Assembly: GCA_951406725.2 (NCBI GenBank)
Contig: OX597820.1
Location: forward strand, 52,700,001-52,764,000
Origin: Octopus vulgaris
Taxonomy: Eukaryota
Length of the DNA stretch: 64,000 nt
Direction: 5' to 3'
Below the pieces are notes generated by a model, which was given only the letters and a program-made list of their open reading frames with translations, was not told where the DNA came from and made no database searches. Numbering within the stretch: position 1 is the stretch's first letter; each line of letters opens with the position of its first letter. Made by a program: the position numbers and the translations under genes. Below are positions 24,983 to 39,748 of the stretch, one piece after another.

Positions 24983-25578
24983 AATACATACATGTATATA
25001 TGTAACGCATATGACGATAACCTGGGGACGGAGTCATTTGATAACACTAAGCGGCTTATAACTTTAAGTAGAAATTTATAAGAATACCCCAAGCCTTTTT
25101 CGGAATATATTAATTTCCATAATATACACACATTACACACATTAATTTTGATAGCACAAATAAGCCGACAACGTCGACAACGCCGACAACGCCGACATCG
25201 CCCACAACGATGACACTGTTCAGTATGTGATGATTCTTACGAAGACACTTTAATCACTGCCACCATTTCGGCTATATTTTATGTATGATTGAGCTGAACT
25301 CGCGGCACTTTATATTAATAGTTTTACACTTTAATGTATATACTGAAGTTGAATGTTTGCGGGTAATGTGTTTATGTTGTAATAAAATAGTAGCTATTTC
25401 CTGGATAATACACCGAATTCCATGCATGTAAGATTTTATGATGATAAGAAATCATTTACTTTTTCATTGGATTATCACTAATTTTAATTTCTATCTGGAT
25501 GGGAAGAGCTTACGTCGCTTGCTCAGACAGCTCGCTTCTAATAATCTACTGGTAAAGTTATATCACTAATAAGGGAGC

Positions 25579-25626
<48 letters not shown>

Positions 25627-25831
25627 AGAGTGAAGGCCATGCATACACATGTGTGTAGGCATGTAGCGATAAACATTTGATGCCTCTACTAAAATATACT
25701 CCATAAATATATACACCATAAAAAATATGTTAAGGGCGGCGAAATGCCAGTGTCATTAGAAAGAGGAATCAACTAAATTGCAGTATGTTCTGGGTTTTCT
25801 TTTTTTCTTTTTCTTTTTTTTTTAAATTTTA

Positions 25832-26076
25832 TTCTTTTATACTTTTATTTATTTCAGTCATTTGACTGCGGCCATGCTGGAGCATATGTTTCAAGAATTT
25901 TTGTCGAACAAATCGGCCCCACAAATTATTTCTTCAGCCTAGTAAATATTCTATCGATCTCCTTTTGTTGAACAGCTATGTAACGGTGATGCAAACACAC
26001 CAACACCGGTTTTCAAGTGGTAATAGGAGGACAAACACAAATATACATACAAACACACACACACAAATATAGATAT

Positions 26077-26132
<56 letters not shown>

Positions 26133-26195
26133 ATGTAATATACAAATAAATATCTGTAAATATAAAACCATCCGAACTTCTGAGTACCTCATTTC

Positions 26196-26282
<87 letters not shown>

Positions 26283-26441
26283 CCAGCTTCTTTAGTTTCG
26301 ATCTACCAAATCTATTCACAGGATTTGGTCGGCCCGACGCTATAATAGAAGACACTTGTCCAAGACGCCACACAGTGGGACTGAACCCGAAACCGTGTGG
26401 TTGGGAAGCAAGCTTCTTATCACACAGCCACGCCTGCGCCT
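25832..26441 (-). mobile_element. SINE family A with expanded (TA)n carrying a 70-bp foreign insert
   Basis: Tail at 25832, head at 26441; non-SINE sequence at 26129-26200 lies between two (TA)n runs. Confidence 0.85.
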
Positions 26442-29400
26442 AATTGTGTATTTCATCTTATTTCATTTTATCTTTTGGCACTTCGAATATAAAGCGTAAG
26501 TGCTCGAAACAATTCCTCCTTCATCTAGTTCTCTCTTACCACCCCTCTCTTTAAAGGTCCATCTAGCTTTGAAATTTAAAGGTCCACCTAGCCTTGATAT
26601 ATAGTCACGTGATTTGGCCTTGGAATGGGGTTATTTATTTGTGTGTCTGTAAAATACTTAGATGCTTAGACGTATGGAACTTAAAGGTCCAGATCGTCCC
26701 GTAATAACATTAATTGTATACATGTTTGTGGAATGTCAAACCGATTACACCTAATTCGTAAAAATGGGAAGTAATTCCACTGGCTGAATAACTAAACACT
26801 CATCGTCGAAACTGACGAAGTATCTCCCAAACATAAATATGCAAATGCTTTAAAATAAGTGTGGTGCGTTTATGCGCATGTATACTTACGCATAAGAATA
26901 TATGAGCATTTATGTACGGACGTACATAAAGGACGTACATGTGTGTGCGAGAGAGCGCGGATGTGACAGTATGTAGGTGCGTGGGTATCTTTGGGAAGAT
27001 GTGTTTATATTTGTGGAATTGTTTCCGAAACATCAAGAAGCATAAGAAAGGAAAGAAAACGAAAAACAAAATATAGCTTTTGATACAAAGCTTATGGTGC
27101 AGTATGTTTCTATATAGCGCTGAATGTTTCAAGATAACTAATCTTGCTCAGCTCTTCTTTAACGCCGAAATGTGTTTCTATGGCTATTAAATTTTCTTTT
27201 ACCTCAGGATAAGGGGAGATTCATAGTTCAACCATGATGTGATCCCACTATCTCATCCTCTATCTCACAGTCACTCGTTGGTTCGTTTTATTTTATATTA
27301 TTCTCGTTCACCTCTAGCTTTCTGTTCTTGGCTTTCTTTTTCTTTCTCTCTTTCACACACATACACACACACACACACATACACAAACAAGCACTCACAC
27401 AAACGAACATACGTAGAGTCTCTCTCTATATCTCAAAGTCGTTCACTCATCTGTGTGAAGGAAAGAAAGTGATAGAGAAAAATGCTAATGATAATGACGA
27501 CTACTACTACGAAGACGACAATGATGATGATGATGATGCTAATGATGATGATGATGATGATGAAGACGATGATGTGAGGGAGGAAATAACTGCAATAATG
27601 AGTAAAATACTTTCAGCGATTGGCTTTCTCCTTTTTCGCTCTTTATATTTCACACGTTTTCTCAGTATTGCTTCAGTATTTCTTTCTTCCTCCATTTCTT
27701 TCCCTCTGTAACTTCCACTTTTTAAATCTTTGTTAAGTGTGTAACAGAAAGAGATGAAAAAACAAAACAAAACAAAAAACAAAACAAGAATTAAAAAAAA
27801 ACAAAGATAAATTGGATCATCATCATCATCAGCAGCAGCAGCAACAGCAGCTACAACACAACCACCACCACCACAATCATCAACATCATCACCATCACGG
27901 TGTGGAGAGAAGAAAAAGACACGGAACTTAGGTGGTGGTGGAGAAGCAGTCGGTGTTGGTGGAGGATGAGACAGCGTTGGAGGGAGAGGAGGGGAGAAGA
28001 GGTGGGAGAGGAGTTGGAGGAGGAGGGGAAAAGGAGAGACTAAAATGTCTTCATTCGCTTTTTATTCCTGTATTTCAATCTCTAACACTCTTCCATATAT
28101 ATTCAACCATAATTTCTCCCACCTTCTTCCTTTCTCTCTCTCTCTCTCTCTCCTTTTATCACGCACACATCTGCACGCGCACTTCTTCCTTCTTTTAATT
28201 TTTTTTTCCTTTTTTCAACGTCTTCGTACAGTTTATCTCCATTTCTCTGTGTTTATGCCAGTTTTATCTCGAAAATTTTCGCCCTTCTTTGTCCCTCTCT
28301 GTGTATGTGAGTGTGTGTGCGTGTGTATGTGTGTGAGTGTGTGTGTGTGTGTTACTCAATCTCTACCTTTCTCCGTCCATCAAGCTGCCTCTATATCTCT
28401 ATTTGTCTATCCTGCGTCAGTTCATTCTTGGGAGTAGCAACAGTCTCCCTGATACTCATGAAGATCTTTCCATTTAACACGCTACATGCGTCAAAGTAAA
28501 AAAGCTATTTACACATTCTGTAAATGAATTGATTTTGCTGTTGTTAAGTAATCCCATGTTTCCTTATGAAAGAGATCTATGATTATAAAACGCTTCAGCC
28601 GTGAACACTCTGTAATTTTACTCCAGGTTACATTAACTTCTATGGGGGAAGACAATAGGGTAAGATATAACTAAGATGCTGCAACCGCATCTTGCAAGTC
28701 TAGCGACGAGCTTCACGTGATTTAGTGACTACAGGTACTTAAATGGATAATAGAGGTGGCGGAATGATGGGAAGTATAAGGCCGGCTACGCAATCACAAG
28801 TCATGAGTTATATCAACAGGTGATATTTCTATCTAGCTTGAGGTTTTATTCCATTTATTCTACATAACCTCAGTTAACCCAGCAATCGGAAATGGATGAC
28901 ACATCGCAGATTCCCTGACAATGTCAACAGCAAGATATCCAGGGCACAACCGAGTGGATGTTCAAGTCTTATATGCGTGAAAACATTAAGCAATTTTTTT
29001 TTTAAATCTCTATAGCTATGAAGCCAGCTCAAATCTCTTCAATGTTGTGTTTGACTTCCCATCGCTCGATCGACTACAGGCCTCACCAAATAATGCAGTA
29101 CTTTTATAAATCATTAGCTTATGTGCGCCCGCGTGTGTGTGTGCATGTTATGGGAAATAATTACGTAAAGGTGCTATAGGCCAGTTATGTAACAGATGTT
29201 TTTCAAAGTGTCAACATTTCTCAAAAATATCAGACCTAGTATTGAAGTAGTTCCCATGGCTTATATAGAATTTTATATAGATGTTTCTGTGCAAATGGAA
29301 GGTTTCACCTTATATTCCCATTCCATTTCCTAATTACGGGTGACTTCTTTCGGGTGCTAGTTGTAGTTGGTTAATTTTGTCACACATGCTTTTACGATGC

Positions 29401-30530
29401 ATTTAAAAGTAGCTCTGATTGTACTTCTCTGCTTTCATATCTAGAGCTGTTCTTACTTTCCAGGGTGACGTGGAATTATCTCTGAATCACACATCCATTT
29501 CATTTTAGCGTTAAATATAATATTGCAAAAAGTTGGTCTAGCCATAATATATGAATACTTTATTAACGTATAAAATATAAAATACTATTTAAGAGAAGCG
29601 ATCTCAATTCATTATTTTATTGCTAATATAAAGAGCATCGTATCATATAGTGTCCGTCTCTAACAACAACAAAAAAATAAATGAGGACAAATTCTCATAT
29701 AGACACACGAATGCATAGCCACTAAATACTTCTTGTAATGAAGAATGTCATATACGAAGCAGAGGTTATCTCAACAAAATCTACCATCGCAGCTCAAACG
29801 GTGACACTACATTCATGTTTCCAATTTTAGACACGCTGATAAGACATATATATATATATAGATATATATAGACATATAGATATATAGGTACAAACAATTT
29901 TTTTCGATTGCATTTGGCTTTTAAGGGGAAACCTTCTCCTTAAAATATCAAACAAAATTATATAAATATCAGCGTTTTACAAATATGGATTTGAAATAGC
30001 GGTTAGATGCTCAACTTAGCTCTCACGTTTAAAAGTAAACACAACTTTTCAGTTATAAGAAAAAACTTAATTGCAAGCTGAGCAGACAATGGTATTGGCT
30101 TTCACAAAAAAGTACACAATTTCAACTTGCAAAGGAAGACATTAATTAATACTAGAAATGAATGTTCGGTGTTTCTTGAGACAAGAAATGATACAAAATC
30201 CAACAAGAAACAAAAGTAGAATGAGAAGAAACAAAGGCAAAGAAGAAGAATTAGTGAAATAAGATGAAAACGCAAGAATAAAACAGGGTAAAGCATGAAG
30301 CAAAACGTTTAAAAACTGAAAAGCGACACGAAAATTATCTCATTTTTGATGGGTCCTACACCACTATATATAATACACACATATGTACAAACATTTAAAT
30401 AAGCATCTATCTGTATGTGTATTACCTTTATCTCTCTCCCTCTCCCCTCTCTCTCTCTTTCTCTTTATATGTATTTGTGTGTGTGTGTATGTGTGTGTGT
30501 GTACATACACACAAACTCATAGGTTCATAA

Positions 30531-30561
<31 letters not shown>

Positions 30562-31371
30562 GATAGATAGGTAGATAGATAAATAGATAGATTACATATA
30601 AGGGTAAGTGATTTTATATTTATGAAATATATAACCAATATATGTACGTGCACTCATATACACACATACATCCTTTCATGTATCTATATTTATGAATTCA
30701 TACACATACATATTAATTGTAAATATGAAGTGCGTGTGCTTGTGTGTATGTGTTGCATAAAGAACTTGTGTTCATGTGGATGTATATTATACAGTTGTTT
30801 AATGAGACCTGCTAAAATATTGCTCAGTTAGAAGGAAAACCATCATAATATATAGAGAGTGATGAAGGTCAAATAAAATTAATGTTTCACTAGAATCTAA
30901 CGACATGTAGGACGAAGAGCCATAAAGTCATACATTATATACATAAATTTACTACTTACGTTTCGTATATGCAATGATAGATAAAGGCACACATACAGAT
31001 ACATACACATATGCATCCGCATTCATAGATATTACATGAATTTAATGTGCTGTAATATATATATGTGTGTGTGTGTATGCGCACGTATGTGTATGTGTGG
31101 ATATGTACGTGTGAGAATATGCATATGTAAGTGTGACATCACGTACTCAACATACATATATCTCTGTACATAATATTCACAGATCTAGAAAACCTAGTAG
31201 AGAGATAAATAGGCACACGCATACACGCAACCATACATACACACAAAGACGCGCACACACACACACACTCGTGCAGAACATAAATTTACACAAACTCTAA
31301 TGCATGGCGAAGACGTTGTAAGTGTGCTTAGGGAGGACGATTTGTGATATAGATGCCATACAGCAATGGCT

Positions 31372-31374
31372 GTA

Positions 31375-31466
<92 letters not shown>

Positions 31467-31569
31467 CATATATACATATATATATATATATACATATATA
31501 CATATATATATACATATATATATATACATATATACATACATATATACATATATATACATATATACATAC

Positions 31570-31600
<31 letters not shown>

Positions 31601-31700
31601 TATAATGTATATATATATATATATATACATACATACATATATATATACATATATATACATACATGCATACATACATATATACATATATATATATAATACA
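31372..31700. repeat. Long (TA)n/(TACATA) compound microsatellite
   Basis: Directly visible. Confidence 0.95.
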
Positions 31701-32084
31701 TACATATGTATGTGTGTTATACTGCATTATGTTTTGTATGTATGTATGTATGTAAACTTAACGTTATAGGCAAGATGAAAGGCTGAGATGAAAATGTAAA
31801 GGAAAGATATCAATGTTTGTAGCAGGTCATAAGTGAAAAGATATAAAAATGACAGTTATTTCACTCACTTATTGCCTTAACGATTCATGTTGATGGAAAT
31901 ACTTTTAGATACATTGCCGTACACTCCGCTAGAGGGAGCTACACAGAGATAAATGATCAAAAGCAAAAGATCAGATTTTTCCACTCCTGACCTCCGTTTG
32001 ATGACGTAACAGGCAATATAAATGCAGTCTAAAAGTCTTCAAATGCAATATTGATGCCCATTATATATACATACATACGTACAT

Positions 32085-32141
<57 letters not shown>

Positions 32142-32696
32142 GGTAAGTGTAGTTATCATCATTTTCAACATTATTTTTATTATTTTTCTTGTTTGTTTTT
32201 CTTTGCCTCTTTTATTTGCTTGTATATGTGTTTGTTTTATACACCGTGTGTCATCCTGATGTGTTTTATTATTCTATAATGTTCTTTTTCAGTTTATATG
32301 TCGCCTGTTATTATTTATGTATACATTTAAACATGTGATTGCACACACAAACAACACACACAGATATTATACTCTGCATGTAAACGCGAGTGCGTTTCTG
32401 TGTCTCCGTGTGTACGCATGCCTGCCTATCTGCCTGTCTGTCTATCTGTCTATCTGACCATTTGTAGTTTGAAATTCTAGTTCGTGTCCTAGTTGTGATA
32501 ACCAATAAAAAGGAAACAAACACTTTTGTCATTTTTGTCTAATATCACACAGATCTTAAACGACTGCATTTTTCACACTTTAACAATAAGTATGGGTAAA
32601 CAATCCCTACAAGAAATAAAAGATAATTTTTAATTTTTTAAAGGGATGTAAAAAAGAAAGTGCAATTTAGGTGTGAAGTTAGGTAAAATGTGTAAG

Positions 32697-32943
32697 TGCC
32701 ATGCAAAAGCGCTCGTGCTGGTGTCACATAAAAGTGCATATGACGGTGCCACGTTAAAAGCACACAGCACACGTTGTAAAGTGACTGGCATTAGGAAGGG
32801 CATCCAGCCGTAGAAAGCAAGCCAAATCAGACTGGAACCTGGAGCAGCTTCCCAGCTTGCGAACTCTGATGAAACCGTCCAACCCATGCCAATATGGAAA
32901 ACGGGCATTAAATGATGATGACGATGGTGATGATGATGATGAT
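32697..32943 (+). mobile_element. 3' part of a fourth SINE/LINE family with a (GAT)n tail
   Basis: Internal ~25-bp repeats (gtgccacgttaaaagcac-like), ggcattaggaagggcatccagccgtagaaa, then aacccatgccaatatggaaaacgggcattaaatgatgatga. A simple-repeat tail is typical of TPRT insertion. Confidence 0.65.
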
Positions 32944-33297
32944 CACTAAATGGAAACAGCGAGACACAATATGTGTTTCATAGCATCGGTTGTCTACATT
33001 ATTTACTACAATATTTTGGGAACGATTTTTTCCCTTTTTCACTTTTGAAAGATTTTCTTTTTCTAAGTGTTCAGGGAAATATGTCAGAACACACTAGAAT
33101 GGCCTGCCCGTCGCAACGCATTTCTATTCCCAAATGGGGGCGTTTTTTTTTAAAGTTCTTCCATGTCATTAAACAGCCAGTGTAACGCTGTATTTTTTCT
33201 CTCTTTTATTTACTTACAACATTTGAGATATTTGGTCTAACTTCTTAATTGCATTACTCAATGTTTTTTTTTCTTTCTTTTAAAAATATTTTCACGT

Positions 33298-33301
33298 AGG
33301 C

Positions 33302-33365
<64 letters not shown>

Positions 33366-33722
33366 TTGTGTGTCTGTGGTAAGTAGCTTGCTTATGAACC
33401 ACATGGTTCCGGGTTCAGCCCCACAACGTGGCACCTTGGGCAAGTGTCTTCTACTATAGCCTCGGGCCCACCAAAGCCTTGTGAGTGGATTTGATAGATG
33501 GAAACTGAAAGAAGCCCGTCGTATATATGTTTGTCCCCCCCACCCACCCACATCAACCAATGCTGCTGTATTTACGTCCCCGTAACTTAGCGGTTCGGCA
33601 AAATAGACCGATAGAATAAGTACTAGGCTTACAAAGAATAAGTCCTGGGGTCGATTTGCTCGACCAAAGGCGGTGCTCCAGCATGGCCATAGTCACATGA
33701 CTGAAACAAGTAAAAGAGTAAA
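33298..33722 (+). mobile_element. SINE family A with a rearranged microsatellite block
   Basis: Normal body and tail. The (TA)n(TG)n-tttgtgtgtctgtg block sits in the head (33303-33378) and is nearly absent at its usual site (33522-33530). Confidence 0.85.
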
Positions 33723-34348
33723 GCGTATTACAACGCTTCAAACAATTACAATACCTTTTATATCATGCATTTATTACGTAAACACTCCATGTACAGATAT
33801 GACTAGAGTCGCTAATATATTCACTTGGTGACTAACATGGTCCAGAGTTACGTACGACTAACTTCATCTCGTACAGTCGTACTGTGCTGTTGATGCTTGA
33901 ATCGTAGAATGTCGAAAGAAATCGAACCGAGATCAACTTTACGTTTCGTCCTCTCATAGGCCAATAAAATAAGTACTAGTTGATCTAAGCAACTGCTTCA
34001 CCTCTGTAAATCGGTGCTCTCGTACTTCAATTACAAAACGTTATTAGCAATATTGCTATAACTCAAAGAATATAAAGTTAATAATGATGGCAAATACGTT
34101 TATATTTCTGTGAAGTATTGAAAAATGATGAAATGTTGTACATGCAGTGAAAACTAAAGTTTCTTTTAAGTACAGATATATAGAAATATTTGCATTAAAA
34201 CAATCTTAAAAAGAAACGTAATTGTCTTATTGCGTCGATATAAGCAATGTCTCTTTTTCCATCTGTGTCAATAAAATAAGTACCAACTGAGCTACGATGT
34301 ACTCTAATGTTACCCACCACTACCAACACCACCACCACCACCACCACC

Positions 34349-34407
<59 letters not shown>

Positions 34408-37400
34408 CACAGCCATCGTCAACATTTACATATGTTGTGGCTTTGAGACTAAATTAGAAATTATTATTCCAGCGTAGGTTAACGCTAAACTGCAGACTGA
34501 AGGCAATTATTTAATTACTTACACTAACTTAAACAATGAAAAACAGATTCTACCTCAAGAAATACGAATTTTTTCAACTCCTTATTGTATCCATATCATG
34601 TTTCCTTCTCTCTCATTCGCTCTCTCTTTCTCACACGCTCTCACACACTCTCTCTCTCTCACACACTCACACGCTCTCATTTCGCCTCTCTCTCTTAATC
34701 CAATTCATCCTCCTGTCTCTCTCTCTCTCTCTCTGATTTTCTCTCTCAATCTTTCTGTCTTTCTCCTTTTTCTCTTTCTCTTCTGTATCACAAATACTTA
34801 GCATTTTGTAAAACGTCTGCATGGGTTTATACCGCTATTACCATTTTAGAACAGTTCCACTTATTACATAATTGAAACAGCTGTAGTTCAATTATTTTAT
34901 TTTATAGCAACTGCTTTCATTAACGATTTGACGTCATTCAAACATCTGATATTAAAAAAAAACAATTATAATAAAACAATTACAAACGAAAAAAAAAGAC
35001 AATTAATGAAGTTATAATGTTTCTTCATTTGTTTTTTTCTTTCTCCCTTCGGTGCATGATCTAGTAAAACAATTTGTTCTGCAGGTTTTTCACCGTATTT
35101 TCATCTTCCTCTTAAAATAATTAAACAGAGAAAAATAGCTTATTGAACCTGTGTTGTTGAAATATTTGTTTGTTTGCTTGTTATTTTGTGTGTGTGTGTA
35201 TGTGTATGTGAGTGTATGTTTGTGTGTGAGTGTATGTGTGTGTTTGTGTGCGAGTGTATGTGTGTGTTTGTGTGCGTATGAGTGTTGGGGCAGGGGGTAA
35301 AATAGTCGATTATATTGTTGCTGTGTACCGATGTTACTAAATCACCCGCCCTAGGTCGATGAAAGAGATACTTGGCGGACAAAACTCACAGCCACCAAAT
35401 TAAAGAATTTCTGAAGTTGCAGTTGAAGGCTACCGCCCTCCACCCAACAACCAACTGTGGGATGGGTGGGATAGTTATGAAGAAAGCAAGAACAGTAGCA
35501 GTGTTTTAATAAAAACTAGGCACAGGCAGAAATAGATTAGAGAAGAATTATATTAGAAAGAAATAGATAAGGTTTGCCGGTGGGCAAATTACAAGACGCG
35601 GCAAGGAAGGCATTGAGAGCAATATGCTTGAAGCGAGAATGGTTTCAAACCATTTCTTCCAAACACAGTGGTTGTGTTGTCAGATATAAGGCACATTCCT
35701 TGAGATTCAAAGACACGAATCCAAATAACATAGGCTCAACTGACAGAAGTTCCACGTGCAGCATGCGCTCCTCAAAATGCATGTGGATTTGGAACAGCAC
35801 TTTGCTTGACTGTTTGTGACAGTCAGTAGATTGCTGAATGTATTGGACTTTAGTGACCACGACGCATTCGATAAGGGGAGATGTTGAGATGCGAAAATCT
35901 GTTAGCAGCAGCTGTGAAAAGCTTGGTGTTAAGTCTTCCATTTGGGTAATGGTGACGATGTCTTTGCGGTATCTCTAGACAATTGCTTTTCAATTGTAGT
36001 GATCTACATTCCAGAAGTGCCTAACAGAGTTGTAATATTGCCAATCAGATACAAAGTCTACAGGCACAGAACCTGTCCAATATTCGTGGTACCGACAAAC
36101 GAAGCCGGATTACATGAGAGAGTCTTGTGTACGAGATTTGCTTTAGCACAGTAGTCGTTCGGATGAATATAAATATCGGCTGAGTCAATAGTGAAAATTA
36201 ATCAATCTCACTCCTTTGTCAGAAAAAGAAGTGTTCTTCGTTGGTTATGTCGGTTCTTTTGCATAAGTGATGGAGAGGACCTAAGTGAGGCACTTTTCTC
36301 GTTAGCCAAACAATCATTTCATATTTCAGTTTCGAAGGAAGGTGAAAACGTAGAATGTAAGGTTAGAGAGAAAGTCTCTATCCTTTAGTAAATTTATTAA
36401 AAAGTCAGTGAGAGTAACGTGCTAATCTCACAAACAAATATTTGCAGCTTACAGGATGTACTTAGAAGAGGGCACTTGTCCTTGGGACTGAGGATAATCC
36501 TGAATCTAAAGGATTCCATCATTACCCTAGGTGACGTTCTCTTTTGTTTCGAGAATCTTTATCTTTTCTATTTTCTTATCTCTTGTTTTCCTTTCTTATT
36601 CGGTGTTTATTGGTGTTTTCCTTTCTAATGCGATGTGGCAGTTGGAGGAATCTACTTCAATCTTAATAATAGCAAAACACATCCCCTTTGAAGAAACTTA
36701 ACATATTAAAAAAAAAAACTATAAAGCAAAAGATAAAAATATAAATGTGAAACTGAGACTGCTATTTTAAAGTAAGTTTGAGAATAACAAGGTAACATTT
36801 ACTGGTAGAGCGAACACAGTGCTGAGAATAGAAACATATTTACTGCAACTTTCATGTTGACTGAGGCTCAGATTCGTTTGACGATATATCCAGTTGAAGC
36901 TTTGGCAGAATCCCTAGACAAAAGAAGCATTGTTACATGAACCAATATCTTCTGCCCGCGGAATTCATCCAGGAAAAGGCAAGATAGGTAGTAATATTAC
37001 ATCACTTCTGAAAAATTGTGGGTATTTTCATATGCCTTTACAAAGGAGTTGCGGGAAGAACTATTCAGTGTATGGCACGATACATACTCACTTAACTGTA
37101 CAAGGAATATGGAAGTAGGTAACAGGTCATTGAGTCCGCAAAGAAGGCTACTAACGTTATCTCTTGCCTCATCTTCACATTGATGCTCTGTATGGGTTAT
37201 GGTCGAGGAGGAAAGTAATATGCAACAATATGTGATAGAAATGTCAGCAATAGAGTGTCAGCAAAGAAATGCAACTCCAGGTACTCCGCGGAGAGTACGA
37301 AGTTATATCAAAATTCTACCACATTGTAACTTCAAAAACAAAAAAAAAAAATAATAAGATTTGTGATTCGTGCAGGGTTGATTGTCTAGTGTTACACATG

Positions 37401-37814
37401 TAGGAGCAACACCCACTCGATGCCTTTCTGCCCAGAGGAGGAAAGAGAACAGCAGACGCAGCAGCAACAACAACTCACTCTAGAAACCTCTGTTTTCAAA
37501 GAACCACTAGTCGAAACTTCGATAACAACAGAACAAATAGCTTCAACTTCAGGACTGACCAGGGACAACAACAATCAGCATTACTCCATCGGAGCAAATG
37601 ACGAGAGAGGAGTGGCCAATTGCCAAGCAATGTTGGAAAAAGTAGTAAAAGCATAATAATATGCAAAAAGCCCGGATCGAAAGCAAGCGGCACCCAATTC
37701 TTTGGAGGGACCTAAGTTTGCGCCAGCCTGGGTGAGGATCTGGTAGTATCGCCTTCCGGATGAGTTCGTCATGGTAGCGCCGCATATACGTGTATATGTA
37801 CCATATATATATAT

Positions 37815-38222
<408 letters not shown>

Positions 38223-38650
38223 TATTTCATAAATATTTGCCATGAAGGCATTACAATGAGGGGACGAACAAGAACAGACAAACATAAAAGGGTGAAGTAG
38301 CTGTAGCGATTAAATATTTACAATTTAAAATTTACAATAATTTAATAAATATGTTTATAACTTTTGACTTAAGCGTTGCTCATTCCAAATGAAATTTGTA
38401 ATGGCTTCTCTGAAGGATAAGTATCCGACCACCAAAGTAGACCCCTTGCTTTTTCTTTCCTGTTTTTGGCTTCCCCTTACCTGGTGCCAAACACTCCCAG
38501 CTTCTTCGCCACAGGCCTCCATCTTCTCATGAATCTGTCTCGTGACAGGTACCTTTTCTCCAGCCTGATCTTATTACTGAGGTGGTAACTAAAAAAGTTA
38601 AACAACCCCTGGCCGGATATAAAGGTACCCGACACAATTCCTCTCACACG

Positions 38651-38697
<47 letters not shown>

Positions 38698-39035
38698 TTT
38701 TTTATGTACATTCCTTTATGTACACTGATTTGTTCTGCTTTTTATATTTAACCCTACAGTCTCTTATGAGTGGTTTAATAAAGTATGTGATTGAGTATTA
38801 TCTGGTAATTGATGTTTGATTTAGATGTATTTCTCCATTTTCTTATCTTGTATATATTTATATATATATATATAATGGATGCATCAGAGTATATTCCTTT
38901 GGATACCTTTCCAATTATAGTTTTGTCTCTGTAACGTATATATTCATCTCACGTTTCTAGTTTCATATAGCTTTGTATGTACTTCCCAAAATGTCTCGTA
39001 ACCTCTTTGTAACAAATGTATATTTGGGACAATTA

Positions 39036-39054
39036 AATAATAATAATAATAATG

Positions 39055-39134
<80 letters not shown>

Positions 39135-39171
39135 TATTATTATTATTAGTAGTAGTAGTAGTAGCAGTAGC

Positions 39172-39232
<61 letters not shown>
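39036..39232. repeat. (TAA)n followed by (TAG)n
   Basis: Directly visible. Confidence 0.95.
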
Positions 39233-39350
39233 AGAATGGGGGATGCTGAGCAATAAGGCAATATACTTCCTAAAATGATATTCGTTTTGTGATACTGTTA
39301 CTGAACTGGACATAGATTAACTCCGAAATCTTTTGACAATTTATGATATA

Positions 39351-39748
39351 CTAGCAATATAGCCCAGCGTTGCTCGGGCTTGTTTTGTTTTCGACCCTTT
39401 AGAATTGGAATTTTTGGAAAGTAAAAATTTTGCATTATGTAGCTTGTTATTCTATTTATGTGAACATTTTTCTGGTTGAAATACACCGAAAAATGGCGAC
39501 ACAGGAGTCAAAAAATCGCAAAAAATAGGGATTTTCATAGAAAAAAAGCACCTTTTTGATGTAAATAATTTTTGGTCTTAACATGGTCCGATTTGAATTT
39601 TTTCTTCTACGGAAGGAAGAGCAAGCCTTCTTCTATCATACTCTCAATTTTGGTCAACTTGCGCCGCAGGGTCTCGGAGGAGATAGTGTTAGTTGAAGGC
39701 TACCAAATCTCCCATACACAGACAACTTCAGCTTTATATATAGAGAGA
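39351..39748 (-). mobile_element. Non-autonomous Helitron, 398 bp
   Basis: Minus strand starts 5'-TC (plus-strand ga at 39747-39748) and ends CTAG-3' (39351-39354). It is inserted between A and T with no TSD, and a GC-rich subterminal hairpin agccc-agc-gtt-gct-c-gggct lies at 39361-39380. All canonical Helitron hallmarks are present. Confidence 0.85.
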
